Source of the DNA: Tagaea sp. | GTDB lineage: Bacteria > Pseudomonadota > Alphaproteobacteria > CACIAM-22H2 | DNA length: 64,000 nt | Direction of reading: 5' to 3' | Assembly (NCBI GenBank): GCA_965279525.1 | Contig: CBDIIB010000004.1 | Location: 1,088,001-1,152,000 of the forward strand | Shown: one piece after another, positions 29,351 to 42,392 of the stretch | Numbering within the stretch: position 1 is the stretch's first letter | How the letters are laid out: each line of letters begins with the position of its first letter | Position numbers and translations under genes: made by a program | Notes under the pieces: generated by a model | Database searches by the model: none | Seen by the model: only the letters and a program-made list of their open reading frames with translations | What the model was told of the DNA's origin: nothing

Positions 29351-30613
29351 ATGGCAGATCAAGAACCCACGAATGGCGGGGCCCTGTCGCCCGGCGCCAT
29401 GAAGCTCAAATGGCTGGCCGACCGCCACAGCGCCTTCCTGTTCGGAAGGCCCGGCGGCCAGCGCGCCGATTCGCGCAAGCAGAATTTCCGGGGTGCCGTG
29501 CTCGACGGCGGGAACCTGTCGTCCGCGATCCTGTCGGGCTGCATTTTCGCGGAAGGCCGGCTGCCGGACTGCGACATGTCGATGGCCGACCTGTTCGCCG
29601 CCGACTTCTCGGGCTGCGACCTGTCGCGCACGTCCTTCCGCAAGGCCGACCTTCGCGCGGCGAGCTTCATCCACGCGAAGATGCGCGGCTGCGACCTGTC
29701 GGGTGCCGACCTGCGGCCGGGCCAGATCATCGACTGGGCGAGCCTGAATTCCGAGACCAAGGAAGTGACCGCGAGCTTCGAATCCGCCGATCTCGAGAAC
29801 GCGCGGATGGGGGCTTCGGATCTCTCCTTCGTCAATTTCGAGAATGCCTCGCTGAAGGGCGCACAGCTCGCCGGCGCCACGCTGTTCGCGGCCAACCTGC
29901 GCGGGGCCGATCTGGTCGGCGCCAAGTTCGACGGCGCCAAGCTCAAGGGCGCACAGCTCGCCGGCGCCAAGCTCAACGGGGCCTCGTTCCGCAACGCCGA
30001 CCTTGCGGGCGTCGACCTGCGCGGCGTCGACATGAACAACGTCCAGATGGGCGGTGCCAGGCTCGAAGGCACCATCTATGCGAACCCGCCGCCCGGCGAG
30101 AAGCTGCCCGACGACCTGAAGCCGATCGTCGACCTGCACCGGCAGTGGGCCGACACGGGCGGGCGCGAAGGCGTGCGCGCGGACTTCGCGGGCCGCGACC
30201 TGACCGGGACCGATTTCGGCGGCTGCGATCTTTCCGGCGCGCGCTTCGACGGTGCCGTCCTCAGCCGCGCGCGTTTCGTCGCCGCGTCGCTGCGCCTGGC
30301 GAGCCTGCTGTCGGTCAGCGCCGAGCGCTGCGATTTCGCCGACGCCGACCTGTCGGGCGCCATGATGCTGGGCGCACGTCTCGAAGGGGCGTCCCTCGTC
30401 GGCGTCGTCGCACGTCCGATGGAGATGCGCCGCCACGACGGCTCGCCCGCCGGCAAGCGCACGCCGACGAGCTTTGCCAACGCCTCGCTGGTGGGTGCCG
30501 ACCTGCGTGCGGCCGACCTGCGCGCCGCCAACTTCAGCGGGGCTGACCTGCGCGGCGCCAACCTTGCCGGCGCCTTCCTTGCCAATGCCGACCTGACCGG
30601 GACGCGGCGCTAG
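29351..30613 (+). CDS. Pentapeptide repeat protein (two repeat blocks)
   Basis: Extensive A(D/N)LxG repeats; two similar H...G-x-x-G-x-RAD caps. Confidence 0.9.
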   Translation: MADQEPTNGGALSPGAMKLKWLADRHSAFLFGRPGGQRADSRKQNFRGAVLDGGNLSSAILSGCIFAEGRLPDCDMSMADLFAADFSGCDLSRTSFRKADLRAASFIHAKMRGCDLSGADLRPGQIIDWASLNSETKEVTASFESADLENARMGASDLSFVNFENASLKGAQLAGATLFAANLRGADLVGAKFDGAKLKGAQLAGAKLNGASFRNADLAGVDLRGVDMNNVQMGGARLEGTIYANPPPGEKLPDDLKPIVDLHRQWADTGGREGVRADFAGRDLTGTDFGGCDLSGARFDGAVLSRARFVAASLRLASLLSVSAERCDFADADLSGAMMLGARLEGASLVGVVARPMEMRRHDGSPAGKRTPTSFANASLVGADLRAADLRAANFSGADLRGANLAGAFLANADLTGTRR

Positions 30614-30653
30614 AATCCGCGAACAACGAGACCACCTGGGGGGATCACCGCCC

Positions 30654-32297
30654 TTGCTGCCGTCCGCCGCCACCTATGACGAGCTGGCCGCCCGCTTCAC
30701 GTGGAAGGTGCCGGCCCGCTACAATATCGGCGTCGATGTCTGCGACCGGCATGCCGCCGCACGGCCCGATGCCCCGGCTTTGATCTTCGAGGACGAGACC
30801 GGCGCCGTCTCGACCTGGAACTTCGGCCACCTCAAAGCCCAGACCGACCGCTTCGCCAACATGCTTGGCGGCCACGGTATCGTGCCCGGCGACCGCGTGG
30901 CGGTGCTCTTGCCCCAGTCGCCCGAAACCGCCGTCGCCCATATCGGCGCCTACAAGGCCGGGATGATCGCGGTCCCCCTCTTCGTGCTGTTCGGCGAGGA
31001 TGCGCTCGAATACCGGCTGGCCGATTGCGGGGCGGCCTTGGTCGTCACCGATACGCACCAGCTCCCCAAGCTGCTCGCGATCCGCACCCGCCTGCCCGCC
31101 TTGCGCGCCATCGTCGTCGTCGACGGCGGCGGACGGGACGGCACGCTCGACTTTCATGAAGGCCTCGCGCGTGCGTCCGACAATTTCACGCCGGTCGACA
31201 CGGCGGCCGACGATCCGGCCGTCATCATCTATACGTCCGGCACCACCGGCAGCCCGAAGGGGGCGCTGCATGCGCACCGCGTGCTGCTCGGCCACCTGCC
31301 GGGCGTGGAACTGCCGCAGGAGCTGTTCCCGAAGCCGGGCGACCTGTTCTGGACGCCGGCCGACTGGGCATGGATCGGCGGGCTGTTCGACGTGCTCCTG
31401 CCTTCGCTGCATCATGGCGTGCCGGTCCTCGCCCACCGCTTCCGCAAGTTCGAGCCGGACCGCGCCCTCGACCTGATGGCACGCCACAAGGTGCGCAACG
31501 TCTTCTTCCCGCCAACGGCGCTGAAGCTGATGCGCCAGTCCGCGATGCGCGCCGACCCGGGCGTCAGGCTGCGCTCGATCGGCTCGGGCGGGGAATCGCT
31601 GGGCGAAGAACTGCTCGACTGGGGCCGCGCCACGTTCGGCGTGACGATCAACGAGTTCTACGGCCAGACCGAATGCAATCTGGTCGTCTCGAACTGCGCG
31701 TCGCTGTTCGCGGTGAAGCCCGGCGCCATGGGCCGTGCGGTTCCCGGCCACACGCTTGCCATCCTCGACGACGACGGCAACCCGCTTGGCCACGGCGAGG
31801 TCGGCGAGATCGCGGTGCGCCGGCCCGACCCGGTCATGTTCCTGCGCTACTGGAACCGGCCGGCCGACACGGCGGCGAAATTCGCCGGCGACTGGATGCG
31901 CACGGGCGACCGCGGCAAGCGCGACGCCGACGGCTATCTGCGCTATGTCGGGCGGGCGGACGACGTCATCACGTCGGCCGGCTACCGCATCGGCCCGGCC
32001 GAGATCGAGGAATGCCTGCTCAAACACAAGGCCGTGGCGATGGCCGCCGTCATCGGCGTACCCGACGCGCTGCGCACCGAGGCGATCAAGGCCTTCGTCG
32101 TGCTGAAGACCGGCACGCAAGGCGATGCGACGCTTGGCCGCGAGCTGCAGGACCATGTCCGCACGCGCCTTGCCGCGCACGAATATCCGCGCGAGATCGA
32201 GTTCGTCGCCGAACTGCCGATGACTGCCACGGGAAAGATCGTGCGCCGCGAGCTGCGGCGGATGGAAATCGAGAAACGCGAAGGGAAAGCGCCATGA
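30654..32297 (+). CDS. Acyl-CoA synthetase (AMP-binding)
   Basis: YTSGTTGSPKG, EFYGQTE, RTGD, GYRIGPAEIE, TGKI. Confidence 0.93.
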   Translation: MLPSAATYDELAARFTWKVPARYNIGVDVCDRHAAARPDAPALIFEDETGAVSTWNFGHLKAQTDRFANMLGGHGIVPGDRVAVLLPQSPETAVAHIGAYKAGMIAVPLFVLFGEDALEYRLADCGAALVVTDTHQLPKLLAIRTRLPALRAIVVVDGGGRDGTLDFHEGLARASDNFTPVDTAADDPAVIIYTSGTTGSPKGALHAHRVLLGHLPGVELPQELFPKPGDLFWTPADWAWIGGLFDVLLPSLHHGVPVLAHRFRKFEPDRALDLMARHKVRNVFFPPTALKLMRQSAMRADPGVRLRSIGSGGESLGEELLDWGRATFGVTINEFYGQTECNLVVSNCASLFAVKPGAMGRAVPGHTLAILDDDGNPLGHGEVGEIAVRRPDPVMFLRYWNRPADTAAKFAGDWMRTGDRGKRDADGYLRYVGRADDVITSAGYRIGPAEIEECLLKHKAVAMAAVIGVPDALRTEAIKAFVVLKTGTQGDATLGRELQDHVRTRLAAHEYPREIEFVAELPMTATGKIVRRELRRMEIEKREGKAP

Positions 32298-32890
32298 CGA
32301 AGACGATCGACTATTTTTTCTCGGCCAACAGCCCGTGGACCTATCTGGGCCACGAGCGGTTCGTCGCGATCGCGCGCAAGGCGGGCGCCCATGTCAACGT
32401 GAAGCCGGCCGATTTCGGCCGCGTCTTCGCCGCTTCAGGCGGCCTGCCGCTGGCCCAGCGCCCCAAGCAGCGCCAGGCCTACCGCATGATGGAGCTGAAG
32501 CGCTGGCGCGATTTCCTGGGGATTCCCATCAACATCGAGCCGAAGCATTTCCGCGTGCCGACCGAACCCGCGTCGCGCCTCATCATCGCCGCCGACAAGA
32601 AGGACCTCAACGCGCTGGCGCTGACCGGCTTCATCGGCAAGGCCGTGTGGGAAGAAGAGCGCGACATCTCCGACGCCGAGACGCTGAAGGCCATCGCCGC
32701 CGAGCACGGACGCAACGCCAAGCTTCTGTGGGAAGCGGCTCAGAGCGACGCGACCAAGGCGACCTTCGACGCCTATACGCAGGAAGCCATCGACCGCCAG
32801 GTCTTCGGCGCGCCCACCTATATCTACAAGGACGAACTCTTCTGGGGCCAGGACCGGCTCGACTTCCTCGAGCGCGCACTGGCGGGCTAG
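32294..32890 (+). CDS. 2-hydroxychromene-2-carboxylate isomerase / GST-kappa (DsbA-like) family protein
   Basis: IDYFFSANSPWTYLG, VFGAPT, FWGQDRL; ATGA overlap. Confidence 0.9.
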   Translation: MTKTIDYFFSANSPWTYLGHERFVAIARKAGAHVNVKPADFGRVFAASGGLPLAQRPKQRQAYRMMELKRWRDFLGIPINIEPKHFRVPTEPASRLIIAADKKDLNALALTGFIGKAVWEEERDISDAETLKAIAAEHGRNAKLLWEAAQSDATKATFDAYTQEAIDRQVFGAPTYIYKDELFWGQDRLDFLERALAG

Positions 32891-33327
32891 AGCAACCCCA
32901 GAGCCCGCAGCTCCTCGGCCATCTGGGCGGGGAGCTTGGCCATCTCGGTCGCGGCTTTCGCGTCGAGGTCCTTGGGCGCGCTCGACGCCTCGAAATAGCG
33001 CCAGCCCTGGAAGGCGCGCATCGGCTTGGGATAGGTGCGCACGAGCTTGCGGTCGAGATGGATCTCGCAGGCGGGCTTGCCGGCCTTGTCCTTGCGGCTG
33101 ACGAAGCGGACGATCTTCTGGCGCACGCGGATCGTGCCCTTGATCACCCAGTAGAGCGAGCCCACACCCGCGATCTCGTCGCCCCGCTTGGGCGTGTTGC
33201 GCGTCACGTGCTTCAATTGCACGGTCTGGCCGCGCGCCTTCATGTCCTTGAGGCGCTTCTTCTGCCAGCCGGCGAGATCCTCGACCGAATCGCAGCCGAC
33301 GCAGAGCTTCACGATATGGAGTGTCAT
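32887..33327 (-). CDS. DUF1489 family protein
   Basis: LHIVKLCVG, TRNTPKR, GSLYWVIKG, FQGWRY, LRALGLL. Confidence 0.88.
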   Translation of the reverse strand: MTLHIVKLCVGCDSVEDLAGWQKKRLKDMKARGQTVQLKHVTRNTPKRGDEIAGVGSLYWVIKGTIRVRQKIVRFVSRKDKAGKPACEIHLDRKLVRTYPKPMRAFQGWRYFEASSAPKDLDAKAATEMAKLPAQMAEELRALGLL

Positions 33328-33815
33328 TCGCCCTTGGCCAGCGCCAGCGCCTTGTCGAGCATGCCGACGAGCTGGCGGCCGGTCTCGCCGCCGTCGCCCA
33401 CGACCTTCGCGTTGATCACGACCGCGATCGCGTCGGCGGCCGCCTTGACGATGATCAGGCTCTTGGCGTCGAGCATGTCGGTCGCGTCGAGATAGCGGCA
33501 CAGCTGGTCGCCGAAGCGCGTGACAAGCGGATAGCCGTAGGAGCCGCCCTGCCCGCGCAGCTCGTGCGCGATCATGTAGACTTCCTGGCGCTTCTTGAGG
33601 TCGTTGGGACTGGCGAGCAGCACGTTCGCCGCCTCGACGAGCTTGACCACGTCCCGCCCGGCGATCTCCTCGAACTCGCCGCGCAGCCCGTCGAAAACCT
33701 TCTCGGCCTTCTTGATTGCGTTCGCGTCGAAGCCGCCGTTCCCGACCTTCTTCTTCAGAAGGTTGGGCGGATTGATGACCTGGAAGCTGCGGCCGCTGCC
33801 CGAACTCTCACTCAT
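33324..33815 (-). CDS. Hpt (histidine phosphotransfer)-like protein
   Basis: AHELRGQGGSYGYPL (H-x-x-x-G); start ATG 33815; ATGA overlap with DUF1489. Confidence 0.78.
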   Translation of the reverse strand: MSESSGSGRSFQVINPPNLLKKKVGNGGFDANAIKKAEKVFDGLRGEFEEIAGRDVVKLVEAANVLLASPNDLKKRQEVYMIAHELRGQGGSYGYPLVTRFGDQLCRYLDATDMLDAKSLIIVKAAADAIAVVINAKVVGDGGETGRQLVGMLDKALALAKGE

Positions 33816-33841
33816 CCCGTTTCCGATTTCCCGCGGCAGCG

Positions 33842-34330
33842 CTAGACCTGCGTGCGCCGCTCGACCCCGACATAGATGCCACCGCGCTTGCGCCGGCGGC
33901 AAGGGCCGAAATAGCTCTTCGTCCGGATATACGGGCGCGGCCGGTCGACGATCTCCTCGATGCGCTGGGAAAGCGACTGTGCGCTGATGGGCTTGGCGAG
34001 AAACTCGGTCACGCCGATGTCGCGCGCCTTCATGACGCGCTCGCGCTCGGTGTGGCCGGTCACCATGATGATCGGCAGGAACGGGTTGGGCGAATCGGGC
34101 TCGGTGCGCACCTTGCGGATGAACTCGAGTCCGTTCACCGGATAGGTCTCCCAGTCGACGAGCGCGAAATCGACCGGGTTCTGCTTGATCGCCTGATAGG
34201 CGGCCGCCCCTTCCGAGCACTCGACGATCTCGCGCACGCCGATGGCGTCAAGCAGCCCCTTGAGCAGCTTGCGCATGTGCCCGTTGTCCTCGAGCACCAA
34301 GACCTTGATCTTCGATAGCTGGTAGGGCAT
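33842..34330 (-). CDS. CheY-like response regulator with Arg-rich C-terminal tail (Cle-type)
   Basis: VLVLEDN, LVDW, VTGH, FLAKP receiver motifs; tail YFGPCRRRK. Confidence 0.88.
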   Translation of the reverse strand: MPYQLSKIKVLVLEDNGHMRKLLKGLLDAIGVREIVECSEGAAAYQAIKQNPVDFALVDWETYPVNGLEFIRKVRTEPDSPNPFLPIIMVTGHTERERVMKARDIGVTEFLAKPISAQSLSQRIEEIVDRPRPYIRTKSYFGPCRRRKRGGIYVGVERRTQV

Positions 34331-34384
34331 CGCCGGCACACTAGGCCCGCCGGCCCATCCTTGGCAAGCAAGCCATAAGTCTGC

Positions 34385-35296
34385 CTACTTATCGCCCGCC
34401 CGGGCGGCCAGGGCCTGGGCGACGCGGCTGGTCGGGGGCCGGCCGAGGGCTGCACAGATGAAGCGCCCGGCAGCCGCCAGCCCGTCCAGATCGACGCCGG
34501 TCTCGATCCCCATGCCGCCCAGCATGTAACGCACGTCCTCCGAGCCGACATTGCCCGACGCCCCCTTGGCATAGGGGCAGCCGCCGAGCCCGGCCACGGC
34601 GCTGTCCACCACGGCGACCCCGCGTTCAAGGCAGGCGAGGATGTTGGCCAGCGCCTGCCCGTAGGTATCGTGGAAATGGACGGCAAGCCGGTCGAGCGGC
34701 ACCCGCGCGGCGACCGCATCGAGCATCGCCTGTGCGCGCACCGGCGTGCCGGTGCCGATCGTGTCGCCCAGCGAGATCTCGTAGCAGCCCATCGCCAGGA
34801 GCTTGGCCGACACGTCGGCGACGGCGGCCGGTGCGATGTCGCCCTCGTAGGGACAACCGAGCACGCAGCTCACATAGCCGCGCACGCGCATGCCGTGCGT
34901 GCGCGCGGCCTCGGCCACGGGCGCGAAACGGTCGAGGCTTTCGGCGATCGAGCAGTTGATGTTGCGCTTCGAGAAGCTCTCCGACGCGGCACCGAAGATC
35001 GCGATCTCGTCCGCCTTCGCGGCGATGGCGCCTTCCAGACCTTTCAGGTTCGGCACGAGGACCGGATATGAGACGCCCGGCTTGCGCGCGATACCGGCCA
35101 TCACCTTGTCGGTGTCGGCCATCTGCGGGACCCATTTGGGCGAAACGAAACTTCCCGATTCCACGACCGTCAGGCCGCACGCGGCAAGCCGCTCGATGAG
35201 CTCGATCTTGGTGGCGAGATCGACCGGCGCCGGCTCGTTCTGCAGGCCGTCGCGCGGGCCGACCTCGACCATGCGCACGCGGGCGGGCAGGCGCAT
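34385..35296 (-). CDS. liuE: Hydroxymethylglutaryl-CoA lyase
   Basis: [37 protein letters not shown]. Confidence 0.95.
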   Translation of the reverse strand: MRLPARVRMVEVGPRDGLQNEPAPVDLATKIELIERLAACGLTVVESGSFVSPKWVPQMADTDKVMAGIARKPGVSYPVLVPNLKGLEGAIAAKADEIAIFGAASESFSKRNINCSIAESLDRFAPVAEAARTHGMRVRGYVSCVLGCPYEGDIAPAAVADVSAKLLAMGCYEISLGDTIGTGTPVRAQAMLDAVAARVPLDRLAVHFHDTYGQALANILACLERGVAVVDSAVAGLGGCPYAKGASGNVGSEDVRYMLGGMGIETGVDLDGLAAAGRFICAALGRPPTSRVAQALAARAGDK

Positions 35297-35301
35297 GGCG
35301 C

Positions 35302-37297
<1,996 letters not shown>

Positions 37298-37314
<17 letters not shown>

Positions 37315-38236
37315 CCTTGCCGCGCCGGCGCGCCTCGATCTCGCGCGAATAGCTCATGATTTCGGAGAACCCGACCAGCAGCAGCGTCACGCCGAAGATC
37401 ACCTCGACCAGGGCGATCAGCTTGACCGGCTCGCTGGCGGGCAGGATGTCGCCGTAGCCGACGGTCGACAGCGTGACCACCGAGAAGTAGATCGCGTCGG
37501 CGAAGGCCACGGCCCGGTCCTCGCCGAGGATCTTGAAGTGCGGCCCGGGCACGAACCGGTCGATGATCTTGTAGATCGACGCAAAGGCGACGACGATCAG
37601 CAGATAGAATGTCAGGAACGCGTAGACCGGCAGCACCAGCCGTTCGAGCCGTGCGAAGAATTCCTCGAACAGCAGGCCGGCATCGATGAGGAAGACCGCG
37701 ACGTTCTTGGCCGCCGCGAGCACGAGGATCGCGACCGCCAGCATCGCCAGCACGAACACCGCGTCGACCGCCCGACCGCCTGGATCGAAGATCGGGATCG
37801 CGAATGTCGCGGCACCCACGCAGGCCGTCGGGATCAGCCACCACGCCGAATGGCGCAGGTCGACCGCCGGCCGGACCAGCTGCTCGGTGACGATCGAACG
37901 GATGCCGTCGCGCCGGAAATAGGCGCCGACGATGAAGCCGGCGATCGGCAGCAGGAAGCCGGCATGCTGGGCGAGCGGCGACACGCCGGCGAAGTTCGAT
38001 TCCGAAACGAACACGAAGATCGACACGTACATCGCGATCGAGTTGGTGAGTGCGAGCGAGAAAAAGAGCGAACCCGGGAAGACCACGTTGAAGAAGGCGA
38101 CGGCCAGCAGGGCCGAGGCTACCATCGTCGTTGCCAGCGAAAAGCCGACATCGCCTGCGACCGCGAACGCGATCAGGAGCAGCAGCGTCGCCGTCGCCGA
38201 GATGCTTCCCGCGAGGCTTCCCTTGCGGACCTTCAC
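37298..38236 (-). CDS. Potassium channel family membrane protein
   Basis: Multiple hydrophobic helices and pore signature YFSVVTLSTVGYGDILP; GTG start at 38236 overlapping the upstream stop. Confidence 0.85.
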
Positions 38237-39024
38237 GGCTTGCTCCCGCCGACCCAGGCCGGCCGGCGCTTTTCCAGGAACGCGGCGATCCCTTCGCGTC
38301 CCTCGGGCGAGACGCGGATGCGCGCGATGCGCGCGGCCGTGTCGTCGACCATCGCGTCGTCGATTGCGCCGCGCGACACGCGCGCGATCAGCGACTTGCA
38401 TTCGCGCTGCGCCTCGGGGCCTGCTGCAAGCAGGGGCACCAGAATCCTCTCGATTTCCGCATCGAGTGCTTCGGCAACCGCGTGCACGAGGCCAAGGCTC
38501 CGGGCGGTCGGCGCGTCGAACGTCTCGGCCGTCAGGAAATAGCGGCGCGCGGCGCGGGCACCCATCGCCGCCACGACATAGGGCGAGATCACCGCCGGAA
38601 TCAGCCCGAGCCTGGCTTCCGACAGGCAGAAGACCGCCGTCTCGCCCGCGACCGCGATGTCGCAGCACGCGACGAGCCCCACCCCGCCGCCATAGGCGGC
38701 GCCATGGACGCGCGCGAGCGTGGGCTTGGGGAAGGTGTCGAGCACGCGCATCAGGCCGGCGAGCGCGTCGGCATCGCGCCGGTTTTCGGCCTCGGAATAA
38801 CCGGCCATGCGCTTCATCCAGTTGAGATCGGCGCCGGCCGAGAAGCTCTTGCCGCGGCCGCCGAGCACGAGGATGCGCACCGACCGGTCGGCGGCAAGCC
38901 GGCCGAGTTCGGCCGTCAGTGCGGCGATCAGCGCGTCGTCAAACGCGTTGTGCAGTTCCGGCCGGTCGAGCCAGAGCGTGGCCACGCCGCGCGCGTCGAG
39001 ATCGGTGTGGAAGCCTGCCGCCAT
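38233..39024 (-). CDS. liuC: Enoyl-CoA hydratase family, probable methylglutaconyl-CoA hydratase
   Basis: RPELHNAFD, FSAGADLNWM, AYGGGVGL, SEARLGLIPAVISPYV. Confidence 0.88.
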   Translation of the reverse strand: MAAGFHTDLDARGVATLWLDRPELHNAFDDALIAALTAELGRLAADRSVRILVLGGRGKSFSAGADLNWMKRMAGYSEAENRRDADALAGLMRVLDTFPKPTLARVHGAAYGGGVGLVACCDIAVAGETAVFCLSEARLGLIPAVISPYVVAAMGARAARRYFLTAETFDAPTARSLGLVHAVAEALDAEIERILVPLLAAGPEAQRECKSLIARVSRGAIDDAMVDDTAARIARIRVSPEGREGIAAFLEKRRPAWVGGSKP

Positions 39025-39029
39025 CGCGC

Positions 39030-40637
39030 TCACATCCGGAACACGCCGAAGCGCGTGGGTTCGAGCGGCGCATTGGCCGAGACCGAGAGGCCGAGGCCGA
39101 GCACGGTGCGCGTCTCCGCTGGATCGATGATGCCGTCGTCCCACAGCCGGGCCGAGGCGTAGTAAGGATGGCCTTGTGTCTCGTACTGGCTGCGGATCGG
39201 CGCCTTGAACGCGTCCTCGTCGGCGGGGCTCCATGTCTTGCCGGCCGCTTCCAGATTGTCGCGCCGCACCGTCGCCAGTACCGAAGCCGCCTGTTCCCCA
39301 CCCATCACCGAGATGCGCGCGTTGGGCCACATCCACAGGAAGCGCGGGCCGAACGCGCGCCCGCACATGCCGTAGTTGCCCGCCCCGAACGAACCGCCGA
39401 CGATCACGGTGAATTTGGGCACGCGAGCACAACTGACCGCCGTGACGAGCTTGGCGCCGTCGCGTGCGATACCGCCCGCCTCGTACTTCTTGCCGACCAT
39501 GAAGCCGGAGATGTTCTGCAGGAACACGAGCGGGATGCCGCGCTGGCAGCACAGCTCGATGAAATGGGCGCCCTTCAGCGAGCTTTCCGAGAACAGGATG
39601 CCGTTGTTGGCGATGATGCCGACCGGATAGCCCCAGATGCGCGCGAAGCCGCACACCAGCGTCGTGCCGTAGAGCGCCTTGAACTCGTCGAAGCGCGAGC
39701 CGTCGACGGTGCGCGCGATGATCTCGCGCACGTCGTAGGGCTGGCGCAGGTCGGGCGGCACGACGCCGTAGATCTCGGCCGGATCGTAGGCAGGTTCCAC
39801 GGGTGCCTGCAGGTCGGGCCACGAGGGCTTGCGCGCGTTGAGATTGCCGACGATCCGGCGCGCGATGCCGAGCGCATGCGCGTCGTTCTGCGCGTAGTGG
39901 TCGACCACGCCCGAGACGCGGGCGTGCACGTCGGCCCCGCCCAGCTCCTCGGCCGTCACGATCTCGCCGATGGCCGCCTTCACCAGCGGCGGACCGCCGA
40001 GGAAGATCGTGCCCTGGTTCCGGACGATGATCGATTCGTCCGACATCGCCGGCACGTAGGCGCCGCCCGCCGTGCAGCTTCCCATCACGACGGCGATCTG
40101 CGGGATGCCCGCGGCCGACAGGGTCGCCTGGTTGTAGAAGATGCGCCCGAAATGCTCGCGGTCGGGAAAGACGTCGTCCTGGTTGGGCAGGTTGGCGCCG
40201 CCGGAATCGACCAGATAGATGCACGGCAGCCGGTTCTCGCGCGCGATCTCCTGTGCCCGCAGGTGCTTCTTCACCGTCATCGGGAAATAGGTACCGCCCT
40301 TGACCGTCGCGTCGTTGCACACGATCACGCATTCGCGACCCGCGACGCGGCCGATCCCGGTGACGATGCCGGCCGCCGCCACGTCGCCGCCGTACATGCC
40401 CCACGCGGCAAGCTGCGAAAGCTCGAGGAAGGGTGCCCCCGGATCGAGCAGCGTGCGGATGCGCTCGCGCGGCAAAAGCTTGCCGCGACCCACATGCTTG
40501 TCGCGCGCCGCCGCCCCGCCGCCTTCGCGCACCTTGTCGCAGGCCGTGCGCAGGTCGGCGACGGCGGCACGCATGGCGCTTTCGTTGGACCGGAAGGTCT
40601 CGCTGCGCGTGTCGATGCGGGAAACGAGTGCGGTCAT
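39030..40637 (-). CDS. liuB: 3-methylcrotonyl-CoA carboxylase beta subunit
   Basis: [42 protein letters not shown]. Confidence 0.93.
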   Translation of the reverse strand: MTALVSRIDTRSETFRSNESAMRAAVADLRTACDKVREGGGAAARDKHVGRGKLLPRERIRTLLDPGAPFLELSQLAAWGMYGGDVAAAGIVTGIGRVAGRECVIVCNDATVKGGTYFPMTVKKHLRAQEIARENRLPCIYLVDSGGANLPNQDDVFPDREHFGRIFYNQATLSAAGIPQIAVVMGSCTAGGAYVPAMSDESIIVRNQGTIFLGGPPLVKAAIGEIVTAEELGGADVHARVSGVVDHYAQNDAHALGIARRIVGNLNARKPSWPDLQAPVEPAYDPAEIYGVVPPDLRQPYDVREIIARTVDGSRFDEFKALYGTTLVCGFARIWGYPVGIIANNGILFSESSLKGAHFIELCCQRGIPLVFLQNISGFMVGKKYEAGGIARDGAKLVTAVSCARVPKFTVIVGGSFGAGNYGMCGRAFGPRFLWMWPNARISVMGGEQAASVLATVRRDNLEAAGKTWSPADEDAFKAPIRSQYETQGHPYYASARLWDDGIIDPAETRTVLGLGLSVSANAPLEPTRFGVFRM

Positions 40638-40638
40638 C

Positions 40639-41241
40639 TCACCAGCCGCCCGTCACGAGCCATTCCTCGATCTGCGCCAGACGGTCGGCCCCCCAGAACG
40701 GCTCGCCATCGACGACGATATAGGGCGAGCCGAACACGCCCTTGGCGACCGCCGCCTCGACTTCCTTGCGCAGCGTCTCCTTGACCTCCGCAGAAGCAAG
40801 GGCCGCTTTCAGCTCGTCGCGCGGCACGCCCATCCCGGCGGCGAGATCGCACACGAAATCGATGCCGGTCACGTCGACGCCCGCGATGAAAGCCTGGCGG
40901 AACACCGCCTTGGCGAAGCGCTTGGCAAGGGCGGGATCGCGCGCGTCGAGCCAGTAGAAGGCGCGCGAGGCGGCGACGGCGCCGAACGGGAACGGATCGG
41001 GCAGGCGGAACTTCAGGTTCAGCAGGCGCCCGAAGCGGACAAAGTCGTGCCGAGAATAGTCGCTCTTGAGCGGGATCTCCATCAGCGGCTTCTGGCCGGA
41101 GACCTTGAAGGCGGCCCCGAGCAGGATGGGGTGCCACTTCACCACCCGGCCGTAATGCCCGGCAAGATCGTCGATTCGGGTCGACGCGAAGAACCCGTAG
41201 GGGCTGGAGAAGTCGAAATAGAAATCGATCGGACCGGCCAT
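40639..41241 (-). CDS. 2-hydroxychromene-2-carboxylate isomerase / GST-kappa family protein
   Basis: [25 protein letters not shown]. Confidence 0.9.
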   Translation of the reverse strand: MAGPIDFYFDFSSPYGFFASTRIDDLAGHYGRVVKWHPILLGAAFKVSGQKPLMEIPLKSDYSRHDFVRFGRLLNLKFRLPDPFPFGAVAASRAFYWLDARDPALAKRFAKAVFRQAFIAGVDVTGIDFVCDLAAGMGVPRDELKAALASAEVKETLRKEVEAAVAKGVFGSPYIVVDGEPFWGADRLAQIEEWLVTGGW

Positions 41242-41244
41242 CGC

Positions 41245-42384
41245 CTAAACCTCCGCCTTCAGTGCCCGCGCGATGACGAGCCGCTGGATGTCGCTGGTCC
41301 CTTCGTAGATCTGGCAGACGCGCACGTCGCGCCAGATCCGCTCAACCGGATAGTCGGCAAGATAGCCGTAGCCGCCATGCGTCTGGATCGCGGCCGAGCA
41401 GACGCGCTCGGCCATCTCGGAGGCGAACAGCTTGGCCATCGCGGCCTCCTTCAGGCACGGCAGGCCACGGTCGCGCAGGCTCGCCGCGTTGACGACCAGC
41501 AGCCTTGCCGCCTCGATCTCCATCGCCATGTCGGCAAGGCGGAACTGGACGGCCTGATGATCGAAGATCTTCTTGCCGAACGTCTCGCGCTGCAGCGCGT
41601 ATTCGAGCGCCACCTGATAGGCTGAGCGCGCCATGCCGACCGCCTGGGCGGCAATGCCGATGCGCCCGCCTTCGAGATTGGCGAGCGCGATCTTCAGCCC
41701 CTCGCCTTCCGCACCCAGCATCAGGTCGGGCGTGAGGCGCATGTCTTCCATGACGATCTGTGCGGTGTCGGAGCATTTCTGCCCGAGCTTTTCTTCCAGC
41801 CGCGCGACCTTCCAGCCGGCCGTGGCGGTCGGCACGACGAAAGCAGAGATGCCCTTCTTGCCGGCGGCGGGATCGGTGACCGCGAAGACGATCGCCACGT
41901 CGGCGGTCCCGCCCGACGTGATGAACTGCTTGGTGCCGTCGAGGACCCAGTGGTTGCCGTCGCGCCGGGCGCGCGTCTTGATCGCGGCGGCATCCGATCC
42001 CGTCGACGGCTCGGTCAGCGCGAAAGCCCCCAGCATCTCGCCCCTGGCAAGCGGGCGAAGGTACGTCTCCTTCTGCCAGTCGGTGCCGAACTTCAGGATC
42101 GGCATGCAACCGACCGAATTGTGCACGCTCATCACCGTCGAGGCGGCCCCGTCGCCGGCCGCGATCTCCTCGATGGCGAGCGCGTAGGCGACATGATCCA
42201 CGCCGGCCCCGTCGAACACCTCTGGCACCAGCATGCCCATGAAACCAAGCTCGCCCATCTCGCGCACGAGTTCGCGCGGGAACTTGCGTTCTTTTTCGCG
42301 CGCGGCAGCGGTCGGCCACAGGCGCTCGCGCGCATAGGCACGCGCGGCATCGCGGATCATCGTCTGGGTTTCGGTGAGTTCCAT
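41245..42384 (-). CDS. Acyl-CoA dehydrogenase (short/branched-chain type)
   Basis: [38 protein letters not shown]. Confidence 0.93.
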   Translation of the reverse strand: MELTETQTMIRDAARAYARERLWPTAAAREKERKFPRELVREMGELGFMGMLVPEVFDGAGVDHVAYALAIEEIAAGDGAASTVMSVHNSVGCMPILKFGTDWQKETYLRPLARGEMLGAFALTEPSTGSDAAAIKTRARRDGNHWVLDGTKQFITSGGTADVAIVFAVTDPAAGKKGISAFVVPTATAGWKVARLEEKLGQKCSDTAQIVMEDMRLTPDLMLGAEGEGLKIALANLEGGRIGIAAQAVGMARSAYQVALEYALQRETFGKKIFDHQAVQFRLADMAMEIEAARLLVVNAASLRDRGLPCLKEAAMAKLFASEMAERVCSAAIQTHGGYGYLADYPVERIWRDVRVCQIYEGTSDIQRLVIARALKAEV

Positions 42385-42392
42385 CGCGGTAC

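Noticed and set aside
29351-30613. Qnr-type quinolone resistance gene
   Set aside because: About twice the size of Qnr, different architecture, chromosomal core context and no mobile element.
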